Below are positions 12,401-27,400 of a DNA stretch of 64,000 nucleotides, in pieces. The position numbers and the translations under genes are program-made. The notes beneath the pieces were generated by a model that saw only the letters and a program-made list of their open reading frames with translations, did not search any database and was not told where the DNA came from. Position 1 is the first letter of the stretch; each line of letters begins with the position of its first letter. The DNA is from Nemertoderma westbladi (taxonomy: Eukaryota > Animalia > Xenacoelomorpha): NCBI GenBank assembly GCA_032718475.1, contig JAUCBJ010009057.1:86436-150435 (forward strand), written 5' to 3'.

Positions 12401-15400
12401 ATCATGTAAGTACCGCAAGTATTGGTGTATCATGTAAGTACCGCAAGTGAGTACATCAAGTATTGGTGTACCATGTAAGTACCGCAAGTATTGGTGTATC
12501 ATGTAAGTACCGCAAGTATTGGTGTACCATGTAAGTACCGCAAGTGAGTACATCAAGTATTGGTGTACCATGTAAGTACCGCAAGTATTGGTGTATCATG
12601 TAAGTACCGCAAGTATTGGTGTATCATGTAAGTACCGCAAGTGAGTACATCAAGTATTGGTGTACCATGTAAGTACCGCAAGTATTGGTGTACCATGTAA
12701 GTACCGCAACTATTGGTGTATCATGTAAGTACCGCAAGTATTGGTGTACCATGTAAGTACCGCAAGTATTGGTGTATCATTTAAGTACCGCAAGTATTGG
12801 TGTACCATGTAAGTACCGCAAGTGAGTACATCAAGTATTGGTGTACCATGTAAGTACCGCAAGTATTGGTGTATCATGTATGTACGGCAAGTATTGGTGT
12901 ACCATGTAAGTACCGCAAGTATTGGTGTATCATGTAAGTACCGCAAGTATTGGTGTACCATGTAAGTACCTCAAGTATTGGTGTATCATGTAAGTACCTC
13001 AAGTATTGGTGTACCATGTAAGTACCTCAAGTATTGGTGTATCATGTATGTACGGCAAGTATTGGTGTACCATGTAAGTACCTCAAGTATTGGTGTACCA
13101 TGTAAGTACCGCAAGTATTGGTGTATCATGTAAGTACCGCAAGTATTGGTGTACCATGTAAGTACCGCAAGTATTGGTGTATCATGTAAGTACCGCAAGT
13201 ATTGCTGTACCATGTAAGTACCTCAAGTATTGGTGTATCATGTAAGTACCTCAAGTATTGGTGTATCATGTAAGTACCTCAAGTATTGGTGTATCATGTA
13301 AGTACCGCAAGTATTGCTGTACCATGTAAGTACCTCAAGTATTGGTGTATCATGTAAGTACCTCAATTATTGGTGTATCATGTAAGTACCTCAAGTATTG
13401 GTGTATCATGTATGTACCGCAAGTATTGATGTATCATGTAAGTACTGCAAGTATTGGTGTACCATGTAAGTACCGCAAGTATTGGTGTACCATGTAAGTA
13501 CCGCAAGTATTGGTGTACCATGTAAGTACCGCAAGTATTGGTGTACCATGTAAGTACCGCAAGTATTGGTGTATCATGTAAGTACCGCAAGTATTGGTGT
13601 ACCATGTAAGTACCTCAAGTATTGGTGTATCATGTAAGTACCTCAAGTATTGGTGTATCATGTAAGTACCTCAAGTATTGGTGTATCATGTATGTACCGC
13701 AAGTATTGATGTATCATGTAAGTACTGCAAGTATTGGTGTACCATGTAAGTACCTCAAGTATTGGTGTATCATGTATGTACGGCAAGTATTGGTGTACCA
13801 TGTAAGTACCGCAAGTATTGGTGTACCATGTAAGTACTGCAAGTATTGGTGTACCATGTAAGTACTGCAAGTATTGGTGTACCATGTAAGTACCTCAAGT
13901 ATTGGTGTATCATGTAAGTACCGCAAGTATTGGTGTACCATGTAAGTACCTCAAGTATTGGTGTATCATGTAAGTACCGCAAGTATTGGTGTACCATGTA
14001 AGTACCGCAAGTATTGGTGTATCATGTAAGTACCGCAAGTATTGGTGTATCATGTAAGTACCGCAAGTATTGGTATACCATGTAAGTACCGCAAGTATTG
14101 GTGTACCATGTAAGTACCGCAAGTATTGGTGTACCATGTAAGTACCGCAAGTATTGGTGTATCATGTAAGTACCGCAAGTATTGGTGTATCATGTAAGTA
14201 CCGCAAGTATTGGTGTATCATGTAAGTACCGCAAGTATTGGTGTACCATGTAAGTACCGCAAGTATTGGTGTACCATGTAAGTACCGCAAGTATTGGTGT
14301 ATCATGTAAGTACCGCAAGTATTGGTGTACCATGTAAGTACCGCAAGTATTGGTGTACCATGTAAGTACCGCAAGTATTGGTGTATCATGTAAGTACCGC
14401 AAGTATTGCTGTACCATGTAAGTACCTCAAGTATTGGTGTATCATGTAAGTACCTCAAGTATTGGTGTATCATGTAAGTACCTCAAGTATTGGTGTATCA
14501 TGTAAGTACCGCAAGTATTGCTGTACCATGTAAGTACCTCAAGTATTGGTGTATCATGTAAGTACCTCAATTATTGGTGTATCATGTAAGTACCTCAAGT
14601 ATTGGTGTATCATGTATGTACCGCAAGTATTGATGTATCATGTAAGTACTGCAAGTATTGGTGTACCATGTAAGTACCGCAAGTATTGGTGTACCATGTA
14701 AGTACCGCAAGTATTGGTGTACCATGTAAGTACCGCAAGTATTGGTGTACCATGTAAGTACCGCAAGTATTGGTGTATCATGTAAGTACCGCAAGTATTG
14801 GTGTACCATGTAAGTACCGCAAGTATTGGTGTACCATGTAAGTACCGCAAGTATTGGTGTATCATGTAAGTACCGCAAGTATTGGTGTACCATGTAAGTA
14901 CCGCAAGTATTGGTGTACCATGTAAGTACCGCAAGTATTGGTGTATCATGTAAGTACCGCAAGTATTGGTGTACCATGTAAGTACCGCAAGTATTGGTGT
15001 ACCATGTAAGTACCTCAAGTATTGTGTATCATGTAAGTACCTCAAGTATTGGTGTATCATGTAAGTACCTCAAGTATTGGTGTATCATGTAAGTACCTCA
15101 AGTATTGGTGTATCATGTATGTACCGCAAGTATTGATGTATCATGTAAGTACTGCAAGTATTGGTGTACCATGTAAGTACCTCAAGTATTGGTGTATCAT
15201 GTATGTACGGCAAGTATTGGTGTACCATGTAAGTACCGCAAGTATTGGTGTACCATGTAAGTACTGCAAGTATTGGTGTACCATGTAAGTACTGCAAGTA
15301 TTGGTGTACCATGTAAGTACCTCAAGTATTGGTGTATCATGTAAGTACCGCAAGTATTGGTGTACCATGTAAGTACCTCAAGTATTGGTGTATCATGTAA

Positions 15401-18400
15401 GTACCGCAAGTATTGGTGTACCATGTAAGTACCGCAAGTATTGGTGTATCATGTAAGTACCGCAAGTATTGGTGTATCATGTAAGTACCGCAAGTATTGG
15501 TATACCATGTAAGTACCGCAAGTATTGGTGTACCATGTAAGTACCGCAAGTATTGGTGTACCATGTAAGTACCGCAAGTATTGGTGTATCATGTAAGTAC
15601 CGCAAGTATTGGTGTATCATGTAAGTACCGCAAGTATTGGTGTATCATGTAAGTACCGCAAGTATTGGTGTACCATGTAAGTACCGCAAGTATTGGTGTA
15701 CCATGTAAGTACCGCAAGTATTGGTGTATCATGTAAGTACCGCAAGTATTGGTGTACCATGTAAGTACCGCAAGTATTGGTGTACCATGTAAGTACCGCA
15801 AGTATTGGTGTATCATGTAAGTACCGCAAGTATTGGTGTATCATGTAAGTACCGCAAGTATTGGTGTACCATGTAAGTACCGCAAGTATTGGTGTACCAT
15901 GTAAGTACCTCAAGTATTGGTGTACCATGTAAGTACCGCAAGTGAGTACCTCAAGTATTGGTGTATCATGTAAGTACCGCAAGTATTGTTGTACCATGTA
16001 AGTACCGCAAGTGAGTACATCAAGTATTGGTGTACCATGTAAGTACCGCAAGTGAGTACATCAAGTATTGGTGTACCATGTAATTACCGCAAGTATTGGT
16101 GTACCATGTAAGTACCGCAACTATTGGTGTACCATGTAAGTACCGCAAGTGAGTACATCAAGTATTGGTGTACCATGTAAGTACCGCAAGTATTGGTGTA
16201 CCATGTAAGTACCGCAAGTATTGGTGTTCCATGTAAGTACCGCAAGTATTGGTGTACCATGTAAGTACCGCAAGTGAGTACATCAAGTATTGGTGTACCA
16301 TGTAAGTATCGCAAGTATTGGTGTATCATGTAAGTACCGCAAGTATTGGTGTATCATGTAAGTACCGCAAGTGAGTACATCAAGTATTGGTGTACCATGT
16401 AAGTACCGCAAGTATTGGTGTATCATGTAAGTACCGCAAGTATTGGTGTACCATGTAAGTACCGCAAGTGAGTACATCAAGTATTGGTGTACCATGTAAG
16501 TACCGCAAGTATTTGTGTATCATGTAAGTACCGCAAGTATTGGTGTATCATGTAAGTACCGCAAGTGAGTACATCAAGTATTGGTGTACCATGTAAGTAC
16601 CGCAAGTATTGGTGTACCATGTAAGTACCGCAACTATTGGTGTATCATGTAAGTACCGCAAGTATTGGTGTACCATGTAAGTACCGCAAGTATTGGTGTA
16701 TCATTTAAGTACCGCAAGTATTGGTGTACCATGTAAGTACCGCAAGTGAGTACATCAAGTATTGGTGTACCATGTAAGTACCGCAAGTATTGGTGTATCA
16801 TGTATGTACGGCAAGTATTGGTGTACCATGTAAGTACCGCAAGTATTGGTGTATCATGTAAGTACCGCAAGTATTGGTGTACCATGTAAGTACCGCAAGT
16901 GAGTACATCAAGTATTGGTGTACCATGTAAGTACCGCAAGTATTGGTGTATCATGTAAGTACCGCAAGTATTGGTGTATCATTTAAGTACCGCAAGTGAG
17001 TACATCAAGTATTGGTGTACCATGTAAGTACCGCAAGTATTGGTGTACCATGTAAGTACCGCAACTATTGGTGTATCATGTAAGCACCGCAAGTATTGGT
17101 GTACCATGTAAGTACCGCAAGTGAGTACATCAAGTATTGGTGTACCATGTAAGTACCGCAAGTATTGGTGTATCATGTAAGTACCGCAAGTATTGGTGTA
17201 TCATGTAAGTACCGCAAGTATTGGTGTATCATGTAAGTACCGCAAGTATTGGTGTACCATGTAAGTACCGCAAGTGAGTACATCAAGTATTGGTGTACCA
17301 TGTAAGTACCGCAAGTATTGGTGTATCATGTAAGTACCGCAAGTATTGGTGTATCATGTAAGTACCGCAAGTATTGGTGTATCATGTAAGTACCGCAAGT
17401 ATTGGTGTATCATGTAAGTACCGCAAGTATTGGTGTACCATGTAAGTACCTCAAGTATTGGTTTATCATGTAAGTACCGCAAGTATTGGTGTATCATGTA
17501 AGTACCGCAAGTATTGGTGTACCATGTAAGTACCGCAAGTATTGGTGTATCATGTAAGTACCGCAAGTATTGGTGTATCATGTAAGTACCGCAAGTATTG
17601 GTGTATCATGTAAGTACCGCAAGTATTGGTGTACCATGTAAGTACCGCAAGTGAGTACATCAAGTATTGGTGTACCATGTAAGTACCGCAAGTATTGGTG
17701 TATCATGTAAGTACCGCAAGTATTGGTGTATCATGTAAGTACCGCAAGTATTGGTGTATCATGTAAGTACCGCAAGTATTGGTGTATCATGTAAGTACCG
17801 CAAGTATTGGTGTATCATGTAAGTACCGCAAGTATTGGTGTATCATGTAAGTACCGCAAGTATTGGTGTACCATGTAAGTACCTCAAGTATTGGTGTATC
17901 ATGTAAGTACCGCAAGTATTGGTGTATCATGTAAGTACCGCAAGTATTGGTGTATCATGTAAGTACCGCAAGTGAGTACATCAAGTATTGGTGTACCATG
18001 TAAGTACCGCAAGTATTGGTGTACCATGTAAGTACCGCAAGTGAGTACATCAAGTATTGGTGTACCATGTAAGTATCGCAAGTATTGGTGTATCATGTAA
18101 GTACCGCAAGTATTGGTGTATCATGTAAGTACCGCAAGTGAGTACATCAAGTATTGGTGTACCATGTAAGTACCGCAAGTATTGGTGTATCATGTAAGTA
18201 CCGCAAGTATTGGTGTACCATGTAAGTACCGCAAGTGAGTACATCAAGTATTGGTGTACCATGTAAGTACCGCAAGTATTGGTGTATCATGTAAGTACCG
18301 CAAGTATTGGTGTATCATGTAAGTACCGCAAGTGAGTACATCAAGTATTGGTGTACCATGTAAGTACCGCAAGTATTGGTGTACCATGTAAGTACCGCAA

Positions 18401-21400
18401 CTATTGGTGTATCATGTAAGTACCGCAAGTATTGGTGTACCATGTAAGTACCGCAAGTATTGGTGTATCATTTAAGTACCGCAAGTATTGGTGTACCATG
18501 TAAGTACCGCAAGTGAGTACATCAAGTATTGGTGTACCATGTAAGTACCGCAAGTATTGGTGTATCATGTATGTACGGCAAGTATTGGTGTACCATGTAA
18601 GTACCGCAAGTATTGGTGTATCATGTAAGTACCGCAAGTATTGGTGTACCATGTAAGTACCTCAAGTATTGGTGTATCATGTAAGTACCTCAAGTATTGG
18701 TGTACCATGTAAGTACCTCAAGTATTGGTGTATCATGTATGTACGGCAAGTATTGGTGTACCATGTAAGTACCTCAAGTATTGGTGTACCATGTAAGTAC
18801 CGCAAGTATTGGTGTATCATGTAAGTACCGCAAGTATTGGTGTACCATGTAAGTACCGCAAGTATTGGTGTATCATGTAAGTACCGCAAGTATTGCTGTA
18901 CCATGTAAGTACCTCAAGTATTGGTGTATCATGTAAGTACCTCAAGTATTGGTGTATCATGTAAGTACCTCAAGTATTGGTGTATCATGTAAGTACCGCA
19001 AGTATTGCTGTACCATGTAAGTACCTCAAGTATTGGTGTATCATGTAAGTACCTCAATTATTGGTGTATCATGTAAGTACCTCAAGTATTGGTGTATCAT
19101 GTATGTACCGCAAGTATTGATGTATCATGTAAGTACTGCAAGTATTGGTGTACCATGTAAGTACCGCAAGTATTGTTGTACCATGTAAGTACCGCAAGTG
19201 AGTACATCAAGTATTGGTGTACCATGTAAGTACCGCAAGTGAGTACATCAAGTATTGGTGTACCATGTAATTACCGCAAGTATTGGTGTACCATGTAAGT
19301 ACCGCAACTATTGGTGTACCATGTAAGTACCGCAAGTGAGTACATCAAGTATTGGTGTACCATGTAAGTACCGCAAGTATTGGTGTACCATGTAAGTACC
19401 GCAAGTATTGGTGTTCCATGTAAGTACCGCAAGTATTGGTGTACCATGTAAGTACCGCAAGTGAGTACATCAAGTATTGGTGTACCATGTAAGTATCGCA
19501 AGTATTGGTGTATCATGTAAGTACCGCAAGTATTGGTGTATCATGTAAGTACCGCAAGTGAGTACATCAAGTATTGGTGTACCATGTAAGTACCGCAAGT
19601 ATTGGTGTATCATGTAAGTACCGCAAGTATTGGTGTACCATGTAAGTACCGCAAGTGAGTACATCAAGTATTGGTGTACCATGTAAGTACCGCAAGTATT
19701 TGTGTATCATGTAAGTACCGCAAGTATTGGTGTATCATGTAAGTACCGCAAGTGAGTACATCAAGTATTGGTGTACCATGTAAGTACCGCAAGTATTGGT
19801 GTACCATGTAAGTACCGCAACTATTGGTGTATCATGTAAGTACCGCAAGTATTGGTGTACCATGTAAGTACCGCAAGTATTGGTGTATCATTTAAGTACC
19901 GCAAGTATTGGTGTACCATGTAAGTACCGCAAGTGAGTACATCAAGTATTGGTGTACCATGTAAGTACCGCAAGTATTGGTGTATCATGTATGTACGGCA
20001 AGTATTGGTGTACCATGTAAGTACCGCAAGTATTGGTGTATCATGTAAGTACCGCAAGTATTGGTGTACCATGTAAGTACCGCAAGTGAGTACATCAAGT
20101 ATTGGTGTACCATGTAAGTACCGCAAGTATTGGTGTATCATGTAAGTACCGCAAGTATTGGTGTATCATTTAAGTACCGCAAGTGAGTACATCAAGTATT
20201 GGTGTACCATGTAAGTACCGCAAGTATTGGTGTACCATGTAAGTACCGCAACTATTGGTGTATCATGTAAGTACCGCAAGTATTGGTGTACCATGTAAGT
20301 ACCGCAAGTGAGTACATCAAGTATTGGTGTACCATGTAAGTACCGCAAGTATTGGTGTATCATGTAAGTACCGCAAGTATTGGTGTATCATGTAAGTACC
20401 GCAAGTATTGGTGTATCATGTAAGTACCGCAAGTATTGGTGTACCATGTAAGTACCGCAAGTGAGTACATCAAGTATTGGTGTACCATGTAAGTACCGCA
20501 AGTATTGGTGTATCATGTAAGTACCGCAAGTATTGGTGTATCATGTAAGTACCGCAAGTATTGGTGTATCATGTAAGTACCGCAAGTATTGGTGTATCAT
20601 GTAAGTACCGCAAGTATTGGTGTACCATGTAAGTACCTCAAGTATTGGTTTATCATGTAAGTACCGCAAGTATTGGTGTATCATGTAAGTACCGCAAGTA
20701 TTGGTGTACCATGTAAGTACCGCAAGTATTGGTGTATCATGTAAGTACCGCAAGTATTGGTGTATCATGTAAGTACCGCAAGTATTGGTGTATCATGTAA
20801 GTACCGCAAGTATTGGTGTACCATGTAAGTACCGCAAGTGAGTACATCAAGTATTGGTGTACCATGTAAGTACCGCAAGTATTGGTGTATCATGTAAGTA
20901 CCGCAAGTATTGGTGTATCATGTAAGTACCGCAAGTATTGGTGTATCATGTAAGTACCGCAAGTATTGGTGTATCATGTAAGTACCGCAAGTATTGGTGT
21001 ATCATGTAAGTACCGCAAGTATTGGTGTATCATGTAAGTACCGCAAGTATTGGTGTACCATGTAAGTACCTCAAGTATTGGTGTATCATGTAAGTACCGC
21101 AAGTATTGGTGTATCATGTAAGTACCGCAAGTATTGGTGTATCATGTAAGTACCGCAAGTGAGTACATCAAGTATTGGTGTACCATGTAAGTACCGCAAG
21201 TATTGGTGTACCATGTAAGTACCGCAAGTGAGTACATCAAGTATTGGTGTACCATGTAAGTATCGCAAGTATTGGTGTATCATGTAAGTACCGCAAGTAT
21301 TGGTGTATCATGTAAGTACCGCAAGTGAGTACATCAAGTATTGGTGTACCATGTAAGTACCGCAAGTATTGGTGTATCATGTAAGTACCGCAAGTATTGG

Positions 21401-24400
21401 TGTACCATGTAAGTACCGCAAGTGAGTACATCAAGTATTGGTGTACCATGTAAGTACCGCAAGTATTGGTGTATCATGTAAGTACCGCAAGTATTGGTGT
21501 ATCATGTAAGTACCGCAAGTGAGTACATCAAGTATTGGTGTACCATGTAAGTACCGCAAGTATTGGTGTACCATGTAAGTACCGCAACTATTGGTGTATC
21601 ATGTAAGTACCGCAAGTATTGGTGTACCATGTAAGTACCGCAAGTATTGGTGTATCATTTAAGTACCGCAAGTATTGGTGTACCATGTAAGTACCTCAAG
21701 TATTGGTGTATCATGTAAGTACCTCAAGTATTGGTGTACCATGTAAGTACCTCAAGTATTGGTGTATCATGTATGTACGGCAAGTATTGGTGTACCATGT
21801 AAGTACCGCAAGTGAGTACATCAAGTATTGGTGTACCATGTAAGTACCGCAAGTATTGGTGTATCATGTATGTACGGCAAGTATTGGTGTACCATGTAAG
21901 TACCGCAAGTATTGGTGTATCATGTAAGTACCGCAAGTATTGGTGTACCATGTAAGTACCTCAAGTATTGGTGTATCATGTAAGTACCTCAAGTATTGGT
22001 GTACCATGTAAGTACCTCAAGTATTGGTGTATCATGTATGTACGGCAAGTATTGGTGTACCATGTAAGTACCTCAAGTATTGGTGTACCATGTAAGTACC
22101 GCAAGTATTGGTGTATCATGTAAGTACCGCAAGTATTGGTGTACCATGTAAGTACCGCAAGTATTGGTGTATCATGTAAGTACCGCAAGTATTGCTGTAC
22201 CATGTAAGTACCTCAAGTATTGGTGTATCATGTAAGTACCTCAAGTATTGGTGTATCATGTAAGTACCTCAAGTATTGGTGTATCATGTAAGTACCGCAA
22301 GTATTGCTGTACCATGTAAGTACCTCAAGTATTGGTGTATCATGTAAGTACCTCAATTATTGGTGTATCATGTAAGTACCTCAAGTATTGGTGTATCATG
22401 TATGTACCGCAAGTATTGATGTATCATGTAAGTACTGCAAGTATTGGTGTACCATGTAAGTACCGCAAGTATTGGTGTACCATGTAAGTACCGCAAGTAT
22501 TGGTGTACCATGTAAGTACCGCAAGTATTGGTGTACCATGTAAGTACCGCAAGTATTGGTGTATCATGTAAGTACCGCAAGTATTGGTGTACCATGTAAG
22601 TACCTCAAGTATTGGTGTATCATGTAAGTACCGCAAGTATTGGTGTACCATGTAAGTACCGCAAGTGAGTACATCAAGTATTGGTGTACCATGTAAGTAC
22701 CGCAAGTATTTGTGTATCATGTAAGTACCGCAAGTATTGGTGTATCATGTAAGTACCGCAAGTGAGTACATCAAGTATTGGTGTACCATGTAAGTACCGC
22801 AAGTATTGGTGTACCATGTAAGTACCGCAACTATTGGTGTATCATGTAAGTACCGCAAGTATTGGTGTACCATGTAAGTACCGCAAGTATTGGTGTATCA
22901 TTTAAGTACCGCAAGTATTGGTGTACCATGTAAGTACCGCAAGTGAGTACATCAAGTATTGGTGTACCATGTAAGTACCGCAAGTATTGGTGTATCATGT
23001 ATGTACGGCAAGTATTGGTGTACCATGTAAGTACCGCAAGTATTGGTGTATCATGTAAGTACCGCAAGTATTGGTGTACCATGTAAGTACCGCAAGTGAG
23101 TACATCAAGTATTGGTGTACCATGTAAGTACCGCAAGTATTGGTGTATCATGTAAGTACCGCAAGTATTGGTGTATCATTTAAGTACCGCAAGTGAGTAC
23201 ATCAAGTATTGGTGTACCATGTAAGTACCGCAAGTATTGGTGTACCATGTAAGTACCGCAACTATTGGTGTATCATGTAAGTACCGCAAGTATTGGTGTA
23301 CCATGTAAGTACCGCAAGTGAGTACATCAAGTATTGGTGTACCATGTAAGTACCGCAAGTATTGGTGTATCATGTAAGTACCGCAAGTATTGGTGTATCA
23401 TGTAAGTACCGCAAGTATTGGTGTATCATGTAAGTACCGCAAGTATTGGTGTACCATGTAAGTACCGCAAGTGAGTACATCAAGTATTGGTGTACCATGT
23501 AAGTACCGCAAGTATTGGTGTATCATGTAAGTACCGCAAGTATTGGTGTATCATGTAAGTACCGCAAGTATTGGTGTATCATGTAAGTACCGCAAGTATT
23601 GGTGTATCATGTAAGTACCGCAAGTATTGGTGTACCATGTAAGTACCTCAAGTATTGGTTTATCATGTAAGTACCGCAAGTATTGGTGTATCATGTAAGT
23701 ACCGCAAGTATTGGTGTACCATGTAAGTACCGCAAGTATTGGTGTATCATGTAAGTACCGCAAGTATTGGTGTATCATGTAAGTACCGCAAGTATTGGTG
23801 TATCATGTAAGTACCGCAAGTATTGGTGTACCATGTAAGTACCGCAAGTGAGTACATCAAGTATTGGTGTACCATGTAAGTACCGCAAGTATTGGTGTAT
23901 CATGTAAGTACCGCAAGTATTGGTGTATCATGTAAGTACCGCAAGTATTGGTGTATCATGTAAGTACCGCAAGTATTGGTGTATCATGTAAGTACCGCAA
24001 GTATTGGTGTATCATGTAAGTACCGCAAGTATTGGTGTATCATGTAAGTACCGCAAGTATTGGTGTACCATGTAAGTACCTCAAGTATTGGTGTATCATG
24101 TAAGTACCGCAAGTATTGGTGTATCATGTAAGTACCGCAAGTATTGGTGTATCATGTAAGTACCGCAAGTGAGTACATCAAGTATTGGTGTACCATGTAA
24201 GTACCGCAAGTATTGGTGTACCATGTAAGTACCGCAAGTGAGTACATCAAGTATTGGTGTACCATGTAAGTATCGCAAGTATTGGTGTATCATGTAAGTA
24301 CCGCAAGTATTGGTGTATCATGTAAGTACCGCAAGTGAGTACATCAAGTATTGGTGTACCATGTAAGTACCGCAAGTATTGGTGTATCATGTAAGTACCG

Positions 24401-27400
24401 CAAGTATTGGTGTACCATGTAAGTACCGCAAGTGAGTACATCAAGTATTGGTGTACCATGTAAGTACCGCAAGTATTGGTGTATCATGTAAGTACCGCAA
24501 GTATTGGTGTATCATGTAAGTACCGCAAGTGAGTACATCAAGTATTGGTGTACCATGTAAGTACCGCAAGTATTGGTGTACCATGTAAGTACCGCAACTA
24601 TTGGTGTATCATGTAAGTACCGCAAGTATTGGTGTACCATGTAAGTACCGCAAGTATTGGTGTATCATTTAAGTACCGCAAGTATTGGTGTACCATGTAA
24701 GTACCTCAAGTATTGGTGTATCATGTAAGTACCTCAAGTATTGGTGTACCATGTAAGTACCTCAAGTATTGGTGTATCATGTATGTACGGCAAGTATTGG
24801 TGTACCATGTAAGTACCGCAAGTGAGTACATCAAGTATTGGTGTACCATGTAAGTACCGCAAGTATTGGTGTATCATGTATGTACGGCAAGTATTGGTGT
24901 ACCATGTAAGTACCGCAAGTATTGGTGTATCATGTAAGTACCGCAAGTATTGGTGTACCATGTAAGTACCTCAAGTATTGGTGTATCATGTAAGTACCTC
25001 AAGTATTGGTGTACCATGTAAGTACCTCAAGTATTGGTGTATCATGTATGTACGGCAAGTATTGGTGTACCATGTAAGTACCTCAAGTATTGGTGTACCA
25101 TGTAAGTACCGCAAGTATTGGTGTATCATGTAAGTACCGCAAGTATTGGTGTACCATGTAAGTACCGCAAGTATTGGTGTATCATGTAAGTACCGCAAGT
25201 ATTGCTGTACCATGTAAGTACCTCAAGTATTGGTGTATCATGTAAGTACCTCAAGTATTGGTGTATCATGTAAGTACCTCAAGTATTGGTGTATCATGTA
25301 AGTACCGCAAGTATTGCTGTACCATGTAAGTACCTCAAGTATTGGTGTATCATGTAAGTACCTCAATTATTGGTGTATCATGTAAGTACCTCAAGTATTG
25401 GTGTATCATGTATGTACCGCAAGTATTGATGTATCATGTAAGTACTGCAAGTATTGGTGTACCATGTAAGTACCGCAAGTATTGGTGTACCATGTAAGTA
25501 CCGCAAGTATTGGTGTACCATGTAAGTACCGCAAGTATTGGTGTACCATGTAAGTACCGCAAGTATTGGTGTATCATGTAAGTACCGCAAGTATTGGTGT
25601 ACCATGTAAGTACCTCAAGTATTGGTGTATCATGTAAGTACCTCAAGTATTGGTGTATCATGTAAGTACCTCAAGTATTGGTGTATCATGTATGTACCGC
25701 AAGTATTGATGTATCATGTAAGTACTGCAAGTATTGGTGTACCATGTAAGTACCTCAAGTATTGGTGTATCATGTATGTACGGCAAGTATTGGTGTACCA
25801 TGTAAGTACCGCAAGTATTGGTGTACCATGTAAGTACTGCAAGTATTGGTGTACCATGTAAGTACTGCAAGTATTGGTGTACCATGTAAGTACCTCAAGT
25901 ATTGGTGTATCATGTAAGTACCGCAAGTATTGGTGTACCATGTAAGTACCTCAAGTATTGGTGTATCATGTAAGTACCGCAAGTATTGGTGTACCATGTA
26001 AGTACCGCAAGTATTGGTGTATCATGTAAGTACCGCAAGTATTGGTGTATCATGTAAGTACCGCAAGTATTGGTATACCATGTAAGTACCGCAAGTATTG
26101 GTGTACCATGTAAGTACCGCAAGTATTGGTGTACCATGTAAGTACCGCAAGTATTGGTGTATCATGTAAGTACCGCAAGTATTGGTGTATCATGTAAGTA
26201 CCGCAAGTATTGGTGTATCATGTAAGTACCGCAAGTATTGGTGTACCATGTAAGTACCGCAAGTATTGGTGTACCATGTAAGTACCGCAAGTATTGGTGT
26301 ATCATGTAAGTACCGCAAGTATTGGTGTACCATGTAAGTACCGCAAGTATTGGTGTACCATGTAAGTACCGCAAGTATTGGTGTATCATGTAAGTACCGC
26401 AAGTATTGGTGTATCATGTAAGTACCGCAAGTATTGGTGTACCATGTAAGTACCGCAAGTATTGGTGTACCATGTAAGTACCTCAAGTATTGGTGTACCA
26501 TGTAAGTACCGCAAGTGAGTACCTCAAGTATTGGTGTATCATGTAAGTACCGCAAGTATTGTTGTACCATGTAAGTACCGCAAGTGAGTACATCAAGTAT
26601 TGGTGTACCATGTAAGTACCGCAAGTGAGTACATCAAGTATTGGTGTACCATGTAATTACCGCAAGTATTGGTGTACCATGTAAGTACCGCAACTATTGG
26701 TGTACCATGTAAGTACCGCAAGTGAGTACATCAAGTATTGGTGTACCATGTAAGTACCGCAAGTATTGGTGTACCATGTAAGTACCGCAAGTATTGGTGT
26801 TCCATGTAAGTACCGCAAGTATTGGTGTACCATGTAAGTACCGCAAGTGAGTACATCAAGTATTGGTGTACCATGTAAGTATCGCAAGTATTGGTGTATC
26901 ATGTAAGTACCGCAAGTATTGGTGTATCATGTAAGTACCGCAAGTGAGTACATCAAGTATTGGTGTACCATGTAAGTACCGCAAGTATTGGTGTATCATG
27001 TAAGTACCGCAAGTATTGGTGTACCATGTAAGTACCGCAAGTGAGTACATCAAGTATTGGTGTACCATGTAAGTACCGCAAGTATTTGTGTATCATGTAA
27101 GTACCGCAAGTATTGGTGTATCATGTAAGTACCGCAAGTGAGTACATCAAGTATTGGTGTACCATGTAAGTACCGCAAGTATTGGTGTACCATGTAAGTA
27201 CCGCAACTATTGGTGTATCATGTAAGTACCGCAAGTATTGGTGTACCATGTAAGTACCGCAAGTATTGGTGTATCATTTAAGTACCGCAAGTATTGGTGT
27301 ACCATGTAAGTACCGCAAGTGAGTACATCAAGTATTGGTGTACCATGTAAGTACCGCAAGTATTGGTGTATCATGTATGTACGGCAAGTATTGGTGTACC